Source: a candidate division FCPU426 bacterium (GTDB lineage Bacteria; Oederibacteriota; Muellerivitia; Muellerivitales; Muellerivitaceae). Taken from it: a stretch of 64,000 nucleotides of DNA. The translations under genes were made by a program, and so were the position numbers. Shown piece by piece: positions 57,353-64,000 of the stretch. Where the stretch lies: contig CAWCKJ010000003.1 of the NCBI GenBank assembly GCA_963796105.1, positions 854,341 to 918,340 on the forward strand, written 5' to 3'. Each line of letters opens with the position of its first letter. Position 1 is the stretch's first letter. Below the pieces are notes generated by a model. That model saw only the letters and a list, made by a program, of their open reading frames with translations, did no database searches and had not been told where the DNA came from.

Positions 57353-57381
57353 ATACTAACTTCAGAGGTTTTCTTTGTCAA
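57353..57381 (-). promoter_or_regulatory. Sigma70-type promoter for the infC operon
   Basis: TTGACA-17 nt-TAGTAT. Confidence 0.75.
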
Positions 57382-57398
57382 ACGATTTTGCGGGGGTA

Positions 57399-59225
57399 TT
57401 AAAGGGGCAGATCCACGTCGGCGAAATTGTCCATAATCCGGTCCTTAACCATGGCCAGGAGGACGGCCTTGGCCTTTTCGGCCGGGACCTGGACCTGTTT
57501 TTCCGCGGCGTACCTGCGCCAGGTCACGGTGCTGTCCCTCGCCTCGTTCGCGCCGACGATCCAGATGTTGGGGATCTTATGGGTGACGGCGTTGCGCACT
57601 TTCTTGGAGAAGGAGTCGCTGGTGGAATCCACCTCGACTCGGATCATCTCATTCCTCAGGCTCTCGGCCAGTTCCTGGGCGTAGGGCAGGAAATCCTCCG
57701 CCACCGGGACCACTTTCACCTGCACCGGGGCCATCCAAGCCGGGAACGCCCCTCCCCATCTCTCGATCAGGAAGGAGATGAAGCGCTCGTGGGTCCCCAG
57801 CGGGGCGCGGTGGATGATGAAGGGTCTCTGTTTAGAGCCGTCGGGCGCGGTGTACTCGAGGCTGAACCTTTCCGGCATGGTGAAGTCCAGCTGGATGGTG
57901 GAAACCGTCTCCTCCCGGCCCAGGACATTCTCGGTCTGGTAGTCGATCTTGGGCCCGTAGAAAGCCGCCTCGCCCAGGACCTCCTCGTACTCCACGTTCA
58001 TTTCATTCAAAACATTCCGGAGCATATCCTCGGTTTTCGTCCAAAGCTCCTCGTTCTCGGTGAATTTTTCCTTGTCCCTGTCGTGCAGGGAAAGGCGCAC
58101 CCAGATCTTGTCCATCCGGAATTTCCCGTAATAGAGCTTGTGCATGGCGGCTATCTTTTTCATCTCGGAGGGGATTTGCTCCAGGGTGCAGTAGATATGG
58201 GCGTCGTTCATGGCCAATCCCCGGACCCTCAGGAGCCCGGCCAGTTGGCCCGATTTCTCGAACCGGTAAACAGTCCCGTACTCGGCGAGCCTCAAGGGAA
58301 GCTCCCGGTAGCTTCGGGGGCGGTTCAGGTAAATCATGTGGTGGTGGGGGCAGTTCATGGGCTTGAGATAGAACTCCTCAGGGGGAGAGTCCGGGTCCTT
58401 CTCCACGCTTCGCATGGGCGGAAACATGGAATCCTTGTAGAGCTGGAGGTGGCCTGAGAGTTTGTACAGCTCGCCGTTGGCGATATGGGGGGTGCTCACA
58501 CGGACATACCCGTCCTTGAATTCCAGCTCCTTGGCGAATTTCTCGAGTTCCTCGCGGATGACCGTGCCGTTGGGAAGCCAAAGAGGCAAGCCCTTCCCCA
58601 CCCTCTCCTCGATGGAGAAAAGCTCCAGTTCCTGGCCCAATTTCCGGTGGTCCCGCTTCAAGGCCAGTTCCCGTTCCTTGATGAATTCCTTTAATTCCTT
58701 CTCTGTAGGATAAGCCAGGCCGTAAATGCGGGTCAGCATGGGTTTGCAGGAATCCCCCCGCCAGTAACTTCCCGCGATTGAATCCAGCTTGAAGCTGGTC
58801 ACGGGGATTTTGGAGCTATCCTCCACATGGGGCCCCTCGCACATGTCCACGAAAGGTCCGCTGGTGTAGAAACTGAGGGATTCCCCGGCTTCCAGCAGTT
58901 CCTGGGCGTACTCCGCCTTGAGTTTCTGCCCCATTCCGTCGAGCTTCTTCAGGGCCTGCTCCTTGGGAAGGTCCTCGCGGATGAACAACTGCTTTTCCTG
59001 GATGATTTTTCTCATGCGTTTCTCGATATCGGGCAGGTCGGATTCGGTGAGGGGCGATTCCAGGAGAAAGTCATAATAAAAACCGGTTCTGATGGGGGGG
59101 CCGAAGCCCATTTGGGCCTTGGGGCGCACCTGAAGGACCGCCTCAGCCAGGATGTGGGCCAGGGAATGGCGCGTCCGGTAAAGCGACTCTTCCATTTTAT
59201 GTTTGGGTTCGTATTTTTCGGACAT
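57399..59225 (-). CDS. thrS: Threonine--tRNA ligase (no N-terminal TGS domain)
   Basis: RHSLAHILA, CEGPHV, RDHRKLG, KPMNCPHH, AFYGPKID, IHRAPLGTHERF. Confidence 0.98.
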   Translation of the reverse strand: MSEKYEPKHKMEESLYRTRHSLAHILAEAVLQVRPKAQMGFGPPIRTGFYYDFLLESPLTESDLPDIEKRMRKIIQEKQLFIREDLPKEQALKKLDGMGQKLKAEYAQELLEAGESLSFYTSGPFVDMCEGPHVEDSSKIPVTSFKLDSIAGSYWRGDSCKPMLTRIYGLAYPTEKELKEFIKERELALKRDHRKLGQELELFSIEERVGKGLPLWLPNGTVIREELEKFAKELEFKDGYVRVSTPHIANGELYKLSGHLQLYKDSMFPPMRSVEKDPDSPPEEFYLKPMNCPHHHMIYLNRPRSYRELPLRLAEYGTVYRFEKSGQLAGLLRVRGLAMNDAHIYCTLEQIPSEMKKIAAMHKLYYGKFRMDKIWVRLSLHDRDKEKFTENEELWTKTEDMLRNVLNEMNVEYEEVLGEAAFYGPKIDYQTENVLGREETVSTIQLDFTMPERFSLEYTAPDGSKQRPFIIHRAPLGTHERFISFLIERWGGAFPAWMAPVQVKVVPVAEDFLPYAQELAESLRNEMIRVEVDSTSDSFSKKVRNAVTHKIPNIWIVGANEARDSTVTWRRYAAEKQVQVPAEKAKAVLLAMVKDRIMDNFADVDLPL

Positions 59226-59269
59226 AAGACACCTGGGTTTCAGAAGAACAAATTCACTATATAGTTATA

Positions 59270-59420
59270 CCCCCCTTTGAAAAAGGGGGGTGAGGGGGGT
59301 ATTAGCCGTTACATAAGAAATTCAAAACGCTAACTTCCCCTTTATCCCCCTCTTTCAAAGGGGGAGATTCCTTTCTTAAACACTCCCCTTTGGAAAAGGG
59401 AAGTTGGAGGGATATTAGTA
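59270..59420. repeat. REP-like palindromic cluster
   Basis: CCCCCTTTGAAAAAGGGGG...CCCCCTCTTTCAAAGGGGGAGA, similar to 52815-52913. Confidence 0.7.
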
Positions 59421-59596
59421 TTTTTACAAAACCTGGAAAACTCGCCGTTTCGAGCAAAGCGCTCAAAGGGAAAACCCCCTATGTACCCTTTAAAACCGCA
59501 GGGACCTTCCCTACACCCTCGGCGCTAAGCGCCGCCGAACTCTTTCCCCTGGTTCTCGTCCAGGGTTCTTTACCACACTTTTCGCTTCGCGAAAAA

Positions 59597-59673
59597 TGGT
59601 GGGCGTAACTGGACTCGAACCAGTGACCCCTTCCATGTCAAGGAAGTACTCTAACCAGCTGAGCTATACGCCC
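59597..59673 (-). tRNA. tRNA-Val(GAC)
   Basis: GGGCGTA acceptor, CTTCC-TT-GAC-AT-GGAAG arm, GGTTCGAGTCC, CCA end. Confidence 0.96.
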
Positions 59674-59738
59674 CCACAGAGCAACCCGAAAACCAACTCT
59701 CCAACCGTCATAAAAACATGACCGCCGGTACAAACATA

Positions 59739-59814
59739 TGGAGGCGGCAGGCGGATTTGAACCGCCGAATCGCGGTTTTGCAGACCGCTCCCTTAACCAC
59801 TTGGGTATGCCGCC
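59739..59814 (-). tRNA. tRNA-Cys(GCA)
   Basis: GGCGGCA acceptor, GCGGT-CT-GCA-AA-ACCGC arm, U73 discriminator, CCA end. Confidence 0.96.
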
Positions 59815-59929
59815 CCTTGACAGATTAATCCGGGTCAAAAATATAACGCCCATGCTCAACAAGCACGGGCGGCCGGGTGAATCCTGACAACCATAACGAA
59901 ATAATAGCCTCCCGAGGGAGGAACGAGGA

Positions 59930-60004
<75 letters not shown>

Positions 60005-60024
60005 ACAATGATTTCCGGATGCTC

Positions 60025-61278
60025 CTAAGCCGGTGGCACAGATTTGGCACAGTCCCCGATGGTCATTCCTTCGGCAGTCCGTGCCACTTCGACCAATTGC
60101 TCATCCGAAAACTGAACGTACACATCGGTCGATTTTCTGCTCCTATGGCCCGCAAAGCTACCTAAAAGCCTGTCTCCCACCCCCTGCAAGGCCAGCCGGG
60201 TGAGACAAAGATGCCGCGTATCATAAAAACGCAGTTTTTTCTGTTTTAAACCGGGCAACTTGACCGACGCCAAGGCGATAGTTTTACCAAAAATGGAGCG
60301 CATGTTGCAAGTCTTAAGGCGCCTGCCCATTACCGAGAAAAGGAAGTCATCAGACCCCTTTTTCGCGGCATTTCTCAAGACGATTTCTTCGACAGTCTTG
60401 AGTATTGGTATTGTCCTCCCATGGCCGGTCTTTCCCGGTTTGATAAAAACAAATAACCTGCCTTCCGTTCCTTGTTTTGTCGGCACTTCTCTTCTTGAAA
60501 TATCCCGAATTTGGATATCAAGAGCCTCTTGTACCCTCGTCCCTTGATGGAGTCTGAAAAGAAAGACATCCCGGAAGAGTTCCGCCGGCACCCTGAAACG
60601 GACTGTGGGAAACCGCTTATAGCGTTTCTCAATTTCCCCCAGGGCTTCCAAAATGGCTTCGAATTCCTCTTCCGACAAGGTAATTGCTTTAGGCTCTGGC
60701 GGCTTTGGGAAAAAGTTTGGATTCTGGTCCAAGATTGCCCTGATCGGATTTTTGTCCGCGAAACCCTTCTTTATCGCGAACTTGAAAATCCGGTCAATGT
60801 GCCCCTTGTAGTCCAGCTGATTCCATCCATTAACTATTACCCGCCGCCCACTCCTATCCTCCGCGTATTTGTTCCGGCTGTTAAACCAGTCGGCCAAGAC
60901 GCTGGTAGTGATTTCTCCAACCAGCTTGTCTCCAAATACGCTTCGTAGAAGCTCGATTTTTTGCTTGATGTTCCTTTCAAAGGACGGTTTTGAACGCATC
61001 TTCAAAACCGGGTCCTCCAGGTAACAATCCAGCACTTCCTTAAACGGGACAGTTCCAACCGGCCTTTTCCGTGGGTCGTATCCCTCATTAAGCCGCATCT
61101 GTAGCTCAGTACGGCTCCTCTCAAGGTCCTTGATTTTCTTAAGTTCCCTGAGTTCGGGGTATTCCGCCACCGGAAAACGGGTCGATAGATAACGGGAATT
61201 CCCCGTTCCATCGACCCAGTAAAAATACCAGTTGGCCCTATTCGAACGCTGCTTAATCTCGACGAGAATTGGCATCAC
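60025..61278 (-). CDS. Tyrosine recombinase/integrase
   Basis: GTRVQE (R), GKTG (K), FYDTRH (HxxR variant), AGHRS, DVY. Confidence 0.9.
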   Translation of the reverse strand: MMPILVEIKQRSNRANWYFYWVDGTGNSRYLSTRFPVAEYPELRELKKIKDLERSRTELQMRLNEGYDPRKRPVGTVPFKEVLDCYLEDPVLKMRSKPSFERNIKQKIELLRSVFGDKLVGEITTSVLADWFNSRNKYAEDRSGRRVIVNGWNQLDYKGHIDRIFKFAIKKGFADKNPIRAILDQNPNFFPKPPEPKAITLSEEEFEAILEALGEIEKRYKRFPTVRFRVPAELFRDVFLFRLHQGTRVQEALDIQIRDISRREVPTKQGTEGRLFVFIKPGKTGHGRTIPILKTVEEIVLRNAAKKGSDDFLFSVMGRRLKTCNMRSIFGKTIALASVKLPGLKQKKLRFYDTRHLCLTRLALQGVGDRLLGSFAGHRSRKSTDVYVQFSDEQLVEVARTAEGMTIGDCAKSVPPA

Positions 61279-61582
61279 TGCCCTCCCTCGTCCCGCTTCC
61301 CTGACTCCTCAATGATAACAAAACAGGATTTCTTTGGCGAGATTCTTTGACGGTCGGCATATGTTCAATGGCCCACTTAAGGGACGTCATGCTGATCCTC
61401 GGGTTCCTCCCGAAAATATACTTCGCCTTAATTTTTCCCATCTTCACCCACCGGATGATCGTTCTCGTTGAAACGTGGGCGTAAAGGGCAGCCTCTTGAT
61501 ATGTAAATATTTTCTCCCCTTCCATGCCAAGCCCCCGCCTTCGCTCGGCTTTCCTTCGTTGTTCCTTTCTTTGATTAACCAT
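61253..61582 (-). CDS. Excisionase-like helix-turn-helix protein
   Basis: FTYQEAALYAHVSTRTIIRWVKMGKI; overlaps the integrase start; alternative start 61525. Confidence 0.8.
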   Translation of the reverse strand: MVNQRKEQRRKAERRRGLGMEGEKIFTYQEAALYAHVSTRTIIRWVKMGKIKAKYIFGRNPRISMTSLKWAIEHMPTVKESRQRNPVLLSLRSQGSGTREGSDANSRRD

Positions 61583-61624
61583 TTCGCGCTCCCAAAGGCG
61601 GGGTTCCTTATAAAACCTTTATCT

Positions 61625-61927
61625 TCAGCCCTTCCCAGCAGCTTGTTCTTTTTCCTTGGCTTTTTTCTTATATTCGTCCACCGCAGCCTTTTCGATTTCC
61701 GCCTTCGCCTTCTTGTTGGCGTTACAAAAGTGGAAATACTCCCCATCCTTTTTGCCTGGGCGGGATGGGAAACCCACGAACAACCCATCCCCATCCTTCT
61801 TCTTCACCAATGTCAGGTCGTTGAAATAGAACTCATAACTGGCGATGGCAACCTTCACGTCGAAAAACGCCTGCGTGTTCTCCCCTTCGTAGGGGTACAT
61901 CCTCGTAACCTTGACCTTTAAAGCCAT
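61625..61927 (-). CDS. SpoVG-like protein
   Basis: KVTRM...AFFDV...NDLTLV...GLFVGFPSR...GEY...EIEKAAVDEY. Confidence 0.75.
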   Translation of the reverse strand: MALKVKVTRMYPYEGENTQAFFDVKVAIASYEFYFNDLTLVKKKDGDGLFVGFPSRPGKKDGEYFHFCNANKKAKAEIEKAAVDEYKKKAKEKEQAAGKG

Positions 61928-61958
61928 TTGCTTCCTCCTTTGATTTTTATCCTGCCCG

Positions 61959-62300
61959 TCACCTTTTCACTTTTCTCCTTTCCTCCCTCGGTCCTTGGTT
62001 ATCCTCTATAGGCACCTGTGCGCTTTCCTTGATTTTCTTCTCGTACTCGGCGATTGCGACTTTCTCAATGTCTTTCCGGGTATTTGCGTCCATGTAGCAA
62101 ATATCGTGGTACTCTCCCTCCTGCCTTCCAGGCCTAGAAGGAAGGCCCAAGAAAAAACCATCCCCGTCTTTCTTCTTCACAAGCGTTAATTCGTTGTAAC
62201 CAAAGACACGACCAGATATTTGGACCTTTGCTCCGACAAAAACCTTCGTGTGTTCCCCGTCATATGGAAACATCCTGGTAATCCTGACTTTTAAACCCAT
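61959..62300 (-). CDS. SpoVG-like protein (paralog)
   Basis: MGLKVRITRM...GFFLGLPSR...GEYHDIC...DIEKVAIAEY; AAGGAG RBS. Confidence 0.75.
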   Translation of the reverse strand: MGLKVRITRMFPYDGEHTKVFVGAKVQISGRVFGYNELTLVKKKDGDGFFLGLPSRPGRQEGEYHDICYMDANTRKDIEKVAIAEYEKKIKESAQVPIEDNQGPREERRKVKR

Positions 62301-62337
62301 GCTCCTTCTCCTTTTGAATTTAATGACCAATGCAAAA

Positions 62338-63810
62338 TTATTTTTTCGTTGGCACCTCCTTGTCGGCCAGGGTGTTCCTGGCAAATTCCAAAGCATCGTT
62401 TTTCCCCTTCTCATTAGCTGTTTCCAAATAAACCCACCAATTGGCGGAACCTTTCTTGGTGGAATACTCGTGGAGGATTTCGAGAAGTTCTGGTGTGTAT
62501 TTGACGGGTTTTGGCCCTGCGCTCTTGGGAGTTCCCCGGAAAACCACTGTGTTCCTTCCACTATCCTTGGCGGTGTATAGGCCGTGATCCGCCGCCGTAA
62601 TAATTCCTTCCAGGTTGGTCCCGTCTTCCCCCCATTCCACGAGGGCTTGGCTAATAGTCACCGGATAGTGAATAAGAAACAGATCGTCCTTCTTGTGGTC
62701 AAATCCATCCGTAAAGTGCCGGATGTCCTCTTTCTGGATGATTTCATTCGTCTCCGTCACGACCTTTTCTTCGCAGTGCTTCCTGAATTCCTCCGCTTTT
62801 TCCACCGCTTCTTCTTCAGTCCCGTCCAGCACCCAAACAAGCTCCTCACCGCCATACCTCCATATCCTGTTTTTGGTGAAGATTTGCTGGCCCGCTTTCG
62901 CCAATGCTTTCAAAACGGCATTCCCGACCTGGTGGTTGTAGTGGACATCGTTAAAGGATTTGAAAAAGTCGATATCAGCCATAGCCAGGAAAAATTGGTT
63001 TTTTCTACGGGCAGCCAAGGCGGGTATTTGCTGCACAGCCGCCCGGTCGTTCAAAAGCCCCGTTCGGTGGTCCACCAGGGTTTCCTGTACCAAATCCTCC
63101 TGGGTGGTCTGTGTTTCCGATTCGGCCCTCATCTCCTTTTCCAGGAAGGGGTCGAAGATTTGGGCGAAAAGCCATTTGAGGGGTTTGACTTTCTTTAGCT
63201 TTCCCAAGGCTTCGTGCCGTCTTTTCTTTTTGGCCATTTCATATAGCCGGGTGATTTTGTTGTCAGTAACTCCTGCCTGCATGAGAGTCGTGCAAAGGGT
63301 GATGGTGCGGTGGAATTGGCTACAGGCGTAATGGGAAACGGCCAAAAGCGTCAAATAGTTGTAGTTCTTGGGGTACCTAAGGCTTAAGGTTTCGAACTTC
63401 TCCACAGCGGTCTCATATTTCCCGGTGCGGATACACAATTCAGCCTCCAAAGCCACGGCGTCGGGAAAATCCCTCTTCATGGCGAAAATCTCCCCTAAAC
63501 TTTCACGGCAATCGGAATTGAGGCCCATTTGGTATTGGGCACGCGCAAGCAATACGAGGCTTTCAGGTGTCTTGGGAGAGAAGTTGTGGAGCCTGTTGAT
63601 CACTTTGAGAATGGAATGGGGTTGCTTGTACCTGGCGTAAATTTTGGCCGCTTCCAGGTGAGCTTCAACGTTCTGGGGTTGGTGCCAGGAGATGACCTCA
63701 TCAAAGAGCTTCAAGGCTTCCTTGAATCGGTTCGTCTCCATGCACAAATGCGCTGATTGAAGGCACCGCCTGGCCAACTCCGGGTTTATCTGCAATACGT
63801 TTTCTTCCAT
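62338..63810 (-). CDS. TPR-GGDEF diguanylate cyclase
   Basis: N-terminal TPRs; DHRTGLLN, DIDFFKSFND, RYGGEEL, ADHGLYTAKDSGRN. Confidence 0.9.
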   Translation of the reverse strand: MEENVLQINPELARRCLQSAHLCMETNRFKEALKLFDEVISWHQPQNVEAHLEAAKIYARYKQPHSILKVINRLHNFSPKTPESLVLLARAQYQMGLNSDCRESLGEIFAMKRDFPDAVALEAELCIRTGKYETAVEKFETLSLRYPKNYNYLTLLAVSHYACSQFHRTITLCTTLMQAGVTDNKITRLYEMAKKKRRHEALGKLKKVKPLKWLFAQIFDPFLEKEMRAESETQTTQEDLVQETLVDHRTGLLNDRAAVQQIPALAARRKNQFFLAMADIDFFKSFNDVHYNHQVGNAVLKALAKAGQQIFTKNRIWRYGGEELVWVLDGTEEEAVEKAEEFRKHCEEKVVTETNEIIQKEDIRHFTDGFDHKKDDLFLIHYPVTISQALVEWGEDGTNLEGIITAADHGLYTAKDSGRNTVVFRGTPKSAGPKPVKYTPELLEILHEYSTKKGSANWWVYLETANEKGKNDALEFARNTLADKEVPTKK

Positions 63811-63814
63811 ATGG

Positions 63815-64000
63815 CTAAAACCTCTGGAAATCCGTCACGATCAATTTCCCGTTTTCCTTCTTCACCACCACCACGAGGTGGAAGGGCAACTCGATCTGGG
63901 AACCAGGCCCCCTGGCGTCCGAGTTGTAAAGGTTCTTCCCTATGACCTTCACCCAATAGTGGGTCCCGTCCGTGTTCTCCACGCTTGAGCGGTCGATCTG
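63815..64000 (-). CDS. 3' end of an unknown gene (partial)
   Basis: Open frame ...QIDRSSVENTDGTHYWVKVIG...PFHLVVVKKENGKLIVTDFQRF* ending 4 nt before the GGDEF start. Confidence 0.6.
   Translation of the reverse strand, partial: QIDRSSVENTDGTHYWVKVIGKNLYNSDARGPGSQIELPFHLVVVVKKENGKLIVTDFQRF

Larger units (their letters stand above)
60005..64000 (-). mobile_element. Edge of an integrative element (continues beyond the window)
   Basis: Integrase plus overlapping excisionase-like gene next to a tRNA; other end not visible. Confidence 0.7.

Overview
Bacterial chromosome window from a diderm organism (secretin plus many lipoproteins), in three parts. (1) ~1-36 kb is a variable cell-surface island. 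It encodes six lipoproteins and a 1.87k-aa S53 protease built on alternating-Thr/Pro 'stalks' capped by different heads (Kelch, 7-repeat propeller, internalin-type LRR, NHL, Gly-rich, Ig/CBM-like), plus a short NHL lipoprotein without a long stalk. Three of these genes are followed directly by a small basic secreted protein. The island also has a Tad/Flp pilus cluster lacking its ATPase, an adenylate cyclase, three apparently identical IS1595-family elements (two as a tandem dimer), a 0.92-kb PilZ duplication flanking an LRR gene and a RelE toxin-antitoxin pair, gene remnants, and recurring junction motifs. (2) ~36-59 kb holds accessory and housekeeping genes: DUF192, TPR-thioredoxin, LacI regulator, GT-C glycosyltransferase, hybrid kinase, a CpaE-TadA fusion ATPase, pheS without pheT, trmH, rplT-rpmI-infC with an L20-type leader, and thrS. 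(3) ~59.6-64 kb has tRNA-Val/Cys/Gly and the edge of an integrative element (tyrosine integrase, excisionase-like HTH, two SpoVG-like paralogs, TPR-GGDEF) abutting the 5' end of tRNA-Gly. The best candidate for an undescribed system is the modular 'Thr-stalk + interchangeable head + small basic partner' cassette array. All assignments come from reading motifs by eye; no database searches were run.
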